15,311 bases of DNA, from assembly GCA_945861645.1 (NCBI GenBank), contig CAMAVZ010000036.1, positions 1 through 15,311 of the forward strand. The letters run 5' to 3'. Positions 1 to 7,268 of this stretch are shown here, piece by piece. Source of the stretch: Opitutus sp. GAS368. Lineage in GTDB: Bacteria > Verrucomicrobiota > Verrucomicrobiia > Opitutales > Opitutaceae. Below the pieces are notes generated by a model. That model made no database searches and was not told where the DNA came from. It worked only from the letters and a program-made list of their open reading frames with translations. The translations under genes and the position numbers were made by a program. How positions within the stretch are numbered: position 1 is the stretch's first letter; each line of letters starts with the position of its first letter.

Positions 1-1364
1 CAGGTCGCAATCGCTACCGCCGCATGAAGGAAGACATTAGTGTGCGTATAATTCTGCACCCACCACGTCACCACGATACTGGTCAAGGCGCCAATCATCA
101 CCCCTGGGGCATTGGCGCGCCGCGTCAGTAGCCCCAGCGCAAACACGCCCAGAAAGCCCCCGCCGATCAGCGCCAATAATTTCAAATACTGATCCCACAA
201 CGACTCCACGCGGAGCGAAGCAATCAACGCCGCCATCACCGTGGCGAGCCCGCCGGCCAGAAGGGTCGTCCAACGCGCTTGGCGTGTGCGCTGCGCATCA
301 TCAGTCGCGGCACTAAAAAAAGATGAAAAATCGGTGACAATAATCGCCGCCGTCGCATTCAACGCACTTGATAAAGCCCCCATGGCCGCGGCGAATAAGC
401 CCGCGATAATCAGGCCAACCATGCCGTGTGGCAGTTCATTGACGATGAAGTACGGAAAAATTGCATCGTTCGGGAGCGCCGCCGACAAACGCTCAGGATG
501 AGCCTGATAAAAAACGGCCAAAGCCGTCCCGACAAAAAAGAAGATGATCGTGGATGGCAGCCCCAGCAGCGTGCCAAGGATAACGGTGCGTTTGGCTTCA
601 CTGGCATTCGCCGTCGCCAAGGCGCGCTGCATCAGCGGCTGATCCGCCACTTGCGTAAAAATTGAGCCGCAGAACATACCAATAAAGACCCACACCGTCG
701 GTGTGTTGATATCCCAAGACCAATCGACCATGTGAAATTTTCCCATCGCGGTACCCGTGTTAATAATTCCCCCCAGCCCACCCGGAACCCCGTGGGCCAT
801 AAACCAAATCGCGGTGCCGACGCCCCCCAACATGACGCCGACCTGCAGCACATCCGTCCACACCACGGCTTCAAAACCTCCTTCCATCGCGTAAACCGTG
901 GTGACCGTGCCCATCAGAATAATACTCAGGTAAACATTTAAACCCGTGACCGTCGCCAGCGCGAGCGCGGGGAGCAGCATCACGACACTCATGCGACCGC
1001 AGATCTTTAGGAGCACGGCGAGGCCAGCGCCCAACAGGCGCACCTTTCGACTAAAACGACGCTCCAAGTAATCGAAAATTGTAGTGAGATTTAGCCGCCG
1101 CAGCAGTCCCACAAAAACCAACCCCACCACCACCCCCGCCAGGGATTGCGCGGGCCCGGAACCAAAAGCGAGCCAGTCGGATTGAAAAGTTTTTGCCGGC
1201 AAGGCCATGAAGCTAATACTACTCGTGCCAGTAGCGAAAAAGCTAATGCCAGCCGCCCACCAAAGAACTTTCCCATCACCCAAAAAGAAACTGCCGCCCG
1301 CGCGGCGGCGGCGAGCACACCACCAGCCAATGCCGAGATTAAGCGCAAAATAAATCGCGAGCAT
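1..1364 (-). CDS. Sodium:solute symporter (SSS/SLC5 family, SiaT/NIS-like sugar or sugar-acid transporter); 3' end beyond the left window edge; original start probably 1417 with a 1-bp frameshift
   Basis: Manual translation: open frame from ATG at 1364 to the edge (454 codons, no stop), so it is not in the ORF track. It reads MLAIYFALNLGIGWW..FFLGDGKVLWWAAGISFFATGTSSISFMALP..LTTIFDYLERRFS..YAMEGGFEAVVWTDVLQ..DQPLMQRAL..NDAIFPYFIVNELPHGMVGLIIAGLFAAAMGALSSALN..LGLLTRRANAPG. These are hallmark SSS motifs with many hydrophobic helices. Confidence 0.93.
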   Translation of the reverse strand, partial: MLAIYFALNLGIGWWCARRRRAGGSFFLGDGKVLWWAAGISFFATGTSSISFMALPAKTFQSDWLAFGSGPAQSLAGVVVGLVFVGLLRRLNLTTIFDYLERRFSRKVRLLGAGLAVLLKICGRMSVVMLLPALALATVTGLNVYLSIILMGTVTTVYAMEGGFEAVVWTDVLQVGVMLGGVGTAIWFMAHGVPGGLGGIINTGTAMGKFHMVDWSWDINTPTVWVFIGMFCGSIFTQVADQPLMQRALATANASEAKRTVILGTLLGLPSTIIFFFVGTALAVFYQAHPERLSAALPNDAIFPYFIVNELPHGMVGLIIAGLFAAAMGALSSALNATAAIIVTDFSSFFSAATDDAQRTRQARWTTLLAGGLATVMAALIASLRVESLWDQYLKLLALIGGGFLGVFALGLLTRRANAPGVMIGALTSIVVTWWVQNYTHTNVFLHAAVAIAT

Positions 1365-1417
1365 TACGAGTCAGGCCACGTCAACGTATGGGGTACGAGT
1401 AGGCTAGGAGAATTCAT
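1364..1417 (-). other. 17-codon ORF MNSPSLLVPHTLTWPDS*, probably the frameshift-detached N-terminus of the SSS gene
   Basis: ATG at 1417; its TAA (1366-1364) overlaps the SSS ATG as TAATG. Adding one C (GA CTC -> GAC CTC) gives continuous ...LTWPDLVMLAIYF, a typical SSS first helix. Confidence 0.65.
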
Positions 1418-1537
1418 CGGGGGGATAACTCAGGGGACGAAGGTCAGGGTCGACCAACACTCAAGGCAGTAACCACGAAGTTTAGCTCCCGCTAGATCGG
1501 CAAGCGATAAATGAACTCAGGCGCAGCTAACCCTGGC

Positions 1538-3070
1538 TCAAGGCTGCGTCTTCAGAACAAAGTGGGTCGCGGCACCATAGGTGACCTCGATATAATTCTG
1601 GCGCCGCACGACCGTCCAACTTTGCGCATCGGTCGTGATCGTGACCACAAGGCCGGGCAAGCTCCAGCGATCTCGCGTCACTTGCTCAAGCACCGCGGCG
1701 GGCGCCGCGATTCTAAACATGGCATCGCCGGTGGCCGTAATGGTCAGTTGATTTTTTTCGGCGCGGGCATCGAGCTTCGCCGCCTGCCGCAGCACGATCC
1801 AGCCCACGTCACCGGACGGCATTTGCCAATGAATCGTTGCCGGATGAAATTGACTCGTGGTTTTAGGAATGTCGCGAGTGAGCCCGGTAGCTTCCGCTCC
1901 AATCATGACAGTTGCCCCAAGCCAAGCGGTGGCGACACGCTGACCATCCGCGATGGGGCGCGTCAGCTGACGCTCGCCTTGGAAGTGCTCAAAGTGCCGA
2001 CGGGCGTCAGCCGGCATTACTACGCCGAGAATCGTATAAGTCGGCGTGCACAGAAAATCTCCCCCATGGTCCATTGGTTGGTCCACCGGCGGCAGCGGGG
2101 TCAATTCCACGGGTAAGGCCAGCCCGAGCCAGACGCCGACCAACGAGGCATAGTGACGCAAATCGACGCCGTAGGCGCGATCATACGGTCCGGCCATATT
2201 CTTTAAACCCGCGTGATAAAATTGCGCGAGGTCCCGCCAGAGCGCGGCTTCCATCGTCGCGCCAAGTTCGCGCAAGCGCGGAGTGACCCCGTGTCGACGC
2301 AGCAGCGCCAAGCCGTAGAGATCGACCCCGTAATAGGTGGGCGAATTATATTCATCAAAACTTTCATGGGGCCGAAACGCGGTATAAATTGCTTCGACCC
2401 ACTCTTTGCCGGCTCGCACCCACTCGGGGCGGTGCAAACGTTCACCCGCATACGACAAAAGAAAACCCTGCATCAAAGCGATATTGGTGTAACTCGGACG
2501 CAGGCGACCGTGCTTCAATTCCCCTTCAACCGCGCGGCGAATGGACTGCTCCATCGCAATACGATCGGCGGCCGGAATCCGATCCTCGTACTCGATGAGC
2601 GCGAGGGCAAAAACCGTGCCAATAAATTGCCGCCAGTTGGGATCATAATCGCGCCACATTTGCGCCGCCAGCGGCGGCGTCGCCTCGCCGGTCGAGCGGC
2701 GATACGTTCCATCCCAGAGCATCGTCGGCTGATCATATTGCTGCGCCAACACCGCGCGAAATAAACGCAAACTGCGAGCCAAGTCGCCCGGTTGGTCGCG
2801 CTGCAACAAGCCGAGGGCGTACCAAGATGATCCCCTCACCCCGAGAACCAACTCGGCGCCCAGCGGCGCGGAAGCGGGCAAGGGAGCCACCCGCGTATCC
2901 CAGGCGGCATCGGCGCTCCGCAACGAAGCGAGCAGCATCTCCTGCACCCGAGGCGGCAGCGGCTCGCGGGCGGGCAGGCTGTGCCCCCAGAGGACGAGCA
3001 AAATACTAAGCCCAAGCTGCCCACCCTGTTGAGCAAGCAACGCACCAAGCCGCCGAAGTAATAGCTTCAT
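1538..3070 (-). CDS. Uncharacterised ~510 aa protein, probably exported; predicted helical (alpha/alpha)-toroid N-terminal part and beta-rich C-terminus
   Basis: Long ORF co-oriented with the cluster; ATG at 3070 (adjacent GTG at 3073 is an alternative start). Hydrophobic N-terminal stretch; motif-like blocks VRGSSWYALGLL, WRDYDPNWRQFIG, YTNIALM, EYNSPTYYGVDL, GPYDRAYG. The CDS call is confident; the function is unknown. Confidence 0.85.
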   Translation of the reverse strand: MKLLLRRLGALLAQQGGQLGLSILLVLWGHSLPAREPLPPRVQEMLLASLRSADAAWDTRVAPLPASAPLGAELVLGVRGSSWYALGLLQRDQPGDLARSLRLFRAVLAQQYDQPTMLWDGTYRRSTGEATPPLAAQMWRDYDPNWRQFIGTVFALALIEYEDRIPAADRIAMEQSIRRAVEGELKHGRLRPSYTNIALMQGFLLSYAGERLHRPEWVRAGKEWVEAIYTAFRPHESFDEYNSPTYYGVDLYGLALLRRHGVTPRLRELGATMEAALWRDLAQFYHAGLKNMAGPYDRAYGVDLRHYASLVGVWLGLALPVELTPLPPVDQPMDHGGDFLCTPTYTILGVVMPADARRHFEHFQGERQLTRPIADGQRVATAWLGATVMIGAEATGLTRDIPKTTSQFHPATIHWQMPSGDVGWIVLRQAAKLDARAEKNQLTITATGDAMFRIAAPAAVLEQVTRDRWSLPGLVVTITTDAQSWTVVRRQNYIEVTYGAATHFVLKTQP

Positions 3071-3140
3071 CACTAGAGCAAAATATTTTCTACCCCCAAA
3101 AGCCAGCGGCGAAACTTCATCTGCAGATTGGCAAACTCAC

Positions 3141-4148
3141 TCAGGGCAAAATGACCGGTCGGAGGGCCGCCCGAGTAACGGAAAGCTCGCTCGCGGGGGG
3201 AGCGGGTAAGGTAACTTGTCCGGTCGCCGCCCATTCCGTGCCGCGCTGAAAGGTTAGCTGAAAGCCGCGGCCTTGGAGCGTCTCGACGGAGTGCCCCAGC
3301 GCGGTGTGAAAAACCCGACCAGCCCCGTAGGTGATGGCGAGCAACAGGGGCTCGCGCTCCTTCGTGCGATCGGAGAGCGCGGCAGCCAGCACGGTAAGCG
3401 AGTTCGCCGGGCCCCGCAGCCCGTGATAGAGTTCATCTTTAGCGTGGAGCCATTGCGGCGGCAACCCGCGCAGGATCGGATGATCCGGGCTGAAAGATTC
3501 CATCAGAAATTCGTGTTGCGGACCATGTCCGCCAGCCGGGCCAGGAGTTAAATCTTTAGTCCAAACGCCACTGCGCAGCCGCAGATAAGGACCCGATTTT
3601 TCGGTGCGCCCACCCCAACCACCCACCCCGATCATGGCGTTATACTCAGGCCAGTCAGGAAAAGCGTTGTCGGCGGCGTGATAGGAGACAAAGCCGCCCC
3701 CACCCCGAACATAAGCCACAAAGGCGGTGCGCACTTCCACCGGCCAGTCCTCACCGTTATAGTTAGAGACCACGACGGCATAATTTTTAAAGTTAGGCCG
3801 CCACTGAGCCCACCGTGCGGGGGCGTGGGCTTGGTAGTCGGCCTCCGCCCGCATGAACGCCTGTAGTTTTTCCGCGTGCGCGGCGTTCTGCTCGGGCGTC
3901 GCACTCTTCGGCAAACCTGGCGCCGTTGGTCGCGTGGGCGTCGTGGTCACCTCCACGGTAAAAAGCCCCGCGTCTTCGAGGATTTTTTTCAACACGGGCG
4001 TTGTCGCAGTCCACGCGTGATTATTTTGCCCGTCGATAATTAAAACTTTGAGCCTGGCCGCCAGCACGTGCGAACCGGTCATGAGCAGCATCAAAAAAGT
4101 CAGGGCGGCTCGCCGAGGGAAACGTAAATTGCAGCAACGGTTAATCAT
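3141..4148 (-). CDS. ThuA (trehalose utilisation)-like domain protein, class I glutamine amidotransferase-like fold, with signal peptide
   Basis: 335 aa; KVLIIDGQNNHAW..TTPVLKKILE, VVVSNYNG, FVAYVRGGGGFVSYHAADNAFPDWPEYNAMIG, HPILRGLP..WLHAKDELY, YGAGRVFHTALGH, RGTEWAATG match ThuA-like proteins. Confidence 0.88.
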   Translation of the reverse strand: MINRCCNLRFPRRAALTFLMLLMTGSHVLAARLKVLIIDGQNNHAWTATTPVLKKILEDAGLFTVEVTTTPTRPTAPGLPKSATPEQNAAHAEKLQAFMRAEADYQAHAPARWAQWRPNFKNYAVVVSNYNGEDWPVEVRTAFVAYVRGGGGFVSYHAADNAFPDWPEYNAMIGVGGWGGRTEKSGPYLRLRSGVWTKDLTPGPAGGHGPQHEFLMESFSPDHPILRGLPPQWLHAKDELYHGLRGPANSLTVLAAALSDRTKEREPLLLAITYGAGRVFHTALGHSVETLQGRGFQLTFQRGTEWAATGQVTLPAPPASELSVTRAALRPVILP

Positions 4149-4218
4149 AAAGAGGGGGGATTAAGGGAAAGCGGATCGAAGATTTTTAAAGTTCGCCCCG
4201 TTGTCAGGGCCCAAGTGC

Positions 4219-4231
4219 TGAAAGCGTTACA
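4219..4231. promoter_or_regulatory. Possible LacI-family operator-like imperfect palindrome TGAAAGCGTTACA
   Basis: Lies in the 111-nt gap upstream of the ThuA-like gene; resembles TGWAANCGNTTWCA but is one base short. Confidence 0.25.
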
Positions 4232-4259
4232 AGTACTAACCTCTCTGTGCCCGAGCAAC

Positions 4260-5717
4260 TCAACGCTGACGCCGCGCTGGGGCGAGTTGTGCCCGCAGTT
4301 CTGCCACCGTGTCGGCATAGGCTGGATCGGCGGCCAAATTGGTCGTCTCGGCTGAATCTTTTTCTTCGTCAAACAGCAGGGCCTGCATCGTAGCACCCGT
4401 ACCCCACTCGATGTAGCGCCAGCGACCGGTCCGGATTGCATAGCCATCAGCGGCGGCCACGCGGGCATCATTGGCCGTGCCTAGGCCCGACTGACTAATC
4501 GCCGAAGTGCGAACCGTCGCCGTGACATCATTGAGCACCGGTTGCTGATTACGGCCATCGAGATACGACGGCACTGATAAACCGGCGAGTCCCGCGAGCG
4601 TGGGATAAACATCCAGCAGCTCGGCGATACTACGCGTCGACTGGCCGTTAGCTTTCGCCCCAGGGGCGGCAATAATCAACGGCACCCGCGCGCTTCGCTC
4701 AAAGAGACTCCGCTTTTGCCACAAGCCATGATCACCCAAGTGGTAGCCGTGGTCACTGGTAAAGACGATTATGGTTTGGTCGGTGAGTCCAAGCCGATCC
4801 AGCGCGGCCAGCACGCGGCCGACTTGGGCATCCATGAACGAGGTCGAGGCATGGTAGGCTTGAATGGCCAGCCGGCGTTGATCATCGGTGGCGGCATCCT
4901 GCTCGGGCAACGCGCTCGCGTAGGCTGCGGCCGGCGTGCGGGTGAGATCGTCCGGGCTAAGTTTGGGCAAAGTAATTTGGTCGAGCGGATAAAGCTCAAA
5001 ATATCTCTTTGGCGCGACGTAGGGCGTGTGCGGACGGTAAAAGCCAACGGCGAGAAAAAAGGGCTCCGCATTTTTCTTAAAACGCTCGAGCAAATGAACC
5101 GCCTCCGTGGCCCCGATCCCGTCACTGTGATCAGTATCCTCCCCTTCGTCATCCGCGAGCCAACTCAGCGTGGCGCCTAATTGACCCGGTTTAAGCGAAA
5201 ATATCTTGGCGTGCTCCTCGCGGTCGCGTCCCCGCGGATTGACCACTAAATCCCACGACGCAAAATCATCCAGACTTGATGTACCGATATCGGCCGGCAC
5301 GCCGTAATGATAAAGCTTACCCACCCGCGCCGCAAACCAGCCCTGCTGCTTGAAGAGCTGCGGCAGCGTAATGGTATTGGGGATTTTATTGCGAAAATGA
5401 GTACGAAAATCCCCGCGCCCACCGGGATTGGTCAGCACCCCAGTGGCGTTCGGTGAGCGCCCCGTTAAAAACGAAGAGCGACTCGGCGAGCAAAGCGGGA
5501 ACTGAGAGTAAGCGCGTTCGAAGCGCACCCCGCGCGCCGCCAAGGCGTCGATGTGGGGGGTCTTCAAACCCGGCGCGCCGTAGCAGCCCAGATCGCAGTT
5601 GAGATCATCCGCCATCAGAAACAGCACATTCAGCTTGGGCGTGGGCGCGGCAGAGAGCAGCCGGCTTGCCGAAAAAACTACTAAACAAATAATCGGGCGA
5701 ATAATTTTTGTGAGCAT
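4260..5717 (-). CDS. Cys-type sulfatase, iduronate-2-sulfatase-like (probably S1_7)
   Basis: NVLFLMADDL, CSPSRSSFLTG, GKLYH, FFLAVGFYRPHTP, FTSDHGYHLGDHGLWQK, GYAIRTGRWRYIEW. Start placed at ATG 5717 (MLTKIIRPIICLVVFSASRLLSA signal peptide, 10 nt after the upstream stop) rather than 5753, which overlaps the upstream gene. Confidence 0.93.
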   Translation of the reverse strand: MLTKIIRPIICLVVFSASRLLSAAPTPKLNVLFLMADDLNCDLGCYGAPGLKTPHIDALAARGVRFERAYSQFPLCSPSRSSFLTGRSPNATGVLTNPGGRGDFRTHFRNKIPNTITLPQLFKQQGWFAARVGKLYHYGVPADIGTSSLDDFASWDLVVNPRGRDREEHAKIFSLKPGQLGATLSWLADDEGEDTDHSDGIGATEAVHLLERFKKNAEPFFLAVGFYRPHTPYVAPKRYFELYPLDQITLPKLSPDDLTRTPAAAYASALPEQDAATDDQRRLAIQAYHASTSFMDAQVGRVLAALDRLGLTDQTIIVFTSDHGYHLGDHGLWQKRSLFERSARVPLIIAAPGAKANGQSTRSIAELLDVYPTLAGLAGLSVPSYLDGRNQQPVLNDVTATVRTSAISQSGLGTANDARVAAADGYAIRTGRWRYIEWGTGATMQALLFDEEKDSAETTNLAADPAYADTVAELRAQLAPARRQR

Positions 5718-5727
5718 AAAATAAATA

Positions 5728-7209
5728 TTAATCGCGAATGGGGCCCGGTGCATTCAAGCGCAAGGCCTGCGCGGCCACGCCGGGGGCATCCCCGCGCGAC
5801 AATCCGGCGCGCTTCAAGCCGGTGGCCAGATCCACATTCGTCGGCGTTGATTTTACGGGCACGGTATCCCCCGTCTCCTCCGTCCAACGCGTGAGCACCG
5901 CGCGGAGCACGGCCAGCGCGGGTGGCGGAGTCGCCGTCGCGGCCAAATTGCGCTCTTGGCCGGGATCAGTCGTGAGATCAAAAAATTCTTCCGCGGGCCG
6001 GGGTTGTTGGAAGATATTTGCCTGCAGCGGGGTCAGCCGACCTGCCGCCTGGAGCGTCTTCAGCGCATCGGCACTGGGGTTGTAGAAAGTATCCGCTGCG
6101 CCCGGCTGCGGCAGGTCCGGCCAAGCGTTGCGCAGGTAGACGTGCTGGCCGTGCCGCACCAGCCGGACATGGGCGGCGAAATTATGCCAATTGTGTTCGG
6201 CAAAAACATAGTCGCGCACACTCGCGGTCGGATCGCGGAGAATCGGCGTTAGGCTCACGCCTTGGAAGGTCGGTGGTCGCGGAACCCCCGCGAGTTCCAA
6301 GATCGTGGGCGCCACATCGATTGAGCTGACCAAGGCCGCAGTCTGCGCCGGTCGCGGCAAGCCCGCCGGCCAGCTGATGATCAGCGGCGGCTTGATGCCA
6401 TCATCATAGAGTTGCGTTTTGGAATGCGGAAAAGGCCGCCCATTATCAGCTATAACAATAATCACGGTGTGCTCGAGCACCCCCTGCCGCGCAAGTTCGC
6501 GCACCACTTCGCCAACGTGATAATCGAGCCGAGTGATCTCATCGTAATAATGCGCCAGATCAGCCCGGGTCTCGGGCGTATCAGCCAAATAGGCGGGCAC
6601 CCGCACGTCCGCGGGCCGGTTTATACCGGCGAAAGAGTCGGCATCCCAAATCCGATGCGCGTCGTGGGAGGCCAACCACATAAAAAATGGCTGATCTTTC
6701 GGCCGGCCCCGCAAGCGATCGAGCCAGCGATTTTCACCCCCGGGGCCGCCACTTGACTCCGCTTGCTCGCCGTCCCCGCCCTGGTCAAAGGCCGCCACCG
6801 CCGGCCCGTTGAGCTTGTCTGCATTGGGCCCAAAATGAGCCTTGCCGGAATGCACGGTGTAATATCCCGCCGCCCGCAGGAGCTGCGGAAACAAGGGTAC
6901 GCCGGGCGGAAAAGTGCCGTGCAACTCGGCCGCGGTCTCTAAATTATGGGGATAACGACTCGTGATGATACTCGCGCGACTCGGACTGCAACTCGAGGCC
7001 GTAAGATAGGCATTGGTGAAACGCAAACCTTGGGCCGCCAGCCGATCAATATTCGGGGTGCGAATACCAGCGTTACCGTAGCAGCCGAAATCCTCCGCGC
7101 TGATGTCGTCGCCGATGATGAAAACAAAATTGGGCCGCGGATCCTGGGGGGAGGCAGCCAGCGCGAGCCCCGCCACCCCGACCGCCCAGAGCGTGAGTAA
7201 TTTCTTCAT
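5728..7209 (-). CDS. Cys-type sulfatase, N-sulfoglucosamine sulfohydrolase (sulfamidase)-like (probably S1_8)
   Basis: 493 aa; signal peptide, PNFVFIIGDD, CSPSRASIITSRYPH, GKAH, DLAHYYDEITRLD, ADNGRPFPHSKTQLYDDG, VFAEHNWH. Subfamily assigned from motif resemblance only. Confidence 0.92.
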   Translation of the reverse strand: MKKLLTLWAVGVAGLALAASPQDPRPNFVFIIGDDISAEDFGCYGNAGIRTPNIDRLAAQGLRFTNAYLTASSCSPSRASIITSRYPHNLETAAELHGTFPPGVPLFPQLLRAAGYYTVHSGKAHFGPNADKLNGPAVAAFDQGGDGEQAESSGGPGGENRWLDRLRGRPKDQPFFMWLASHDAHRIWDADSFAGINRPADVRVPAYLADTPETRADLAHYYDEITRLDYHVGEVVRELARQGVLEHTVIIVIADNGRPFPHSKTQLYDDGIKPPLIISWPAGLPRPAQTAALVSSIDVAPTILELAGVPRPPTFQGVSLTPILRDPTASVRDYVFAEHNWHNFAAHVRLVRHGQHVYLRNAWPDLPQPGAADTFYNPSADALKTLQAAGRLTPLQANIFQQPRPAEEFFDLTTDPGQERNLAATATPPPALAVLRAVLTRWTEETGDTVPVKSTPTNVDLATGLKRAGLSRGDAPGVAAQALRLNAPGPIRD

Positions 7210-7268
7210 ATTAAAAACAAAGTAAGCGAATATTTCCTATGTTCAGACCAACCCGCTTGGTCGATTAA

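Noticed and set aside
37..1472. Short track ORFs (37-273, 241-501, 410-607, 426-665, 632-874, 732-941, 1091-1348, 1146-1472)
   Set aside because: Off-frame or antisense shadows of the SSS gene, which the track missed because it has no stop inside the window.
1511..2764. Plus-strand ORFs of 201, 124 and 183 aa
   Set aside because: Antisense to the 510 aa gene, Arg-rich, no motifs; expected in GC-rich DNA.
3080..3128. Perfect 10-bp palindromes AAAATATTTT (3080-3089) and ATCTGCAGAT (3119-3128)
   Set aside because: Short, not repeated at full length in other gaps, and no matching regulator; not distinguishable from chance.
4145..4471. 108 aa minus-strand ORF whose stop overlaps the ThuA ATG (ATGA)
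   Set aside because: Two-thirds overlaps the sulfatase 3' end in another frame; the sulfatase has a normal C-terminus (NLAADPAY..LRAQL) and this ORF is not protein-like.
5718..5753. Longer start (MHRAPF...) for the IDS-like sulfatase
   Set aside because: Overlaps the upstream CDS; ATG 5717 gives a clean signal peptide.
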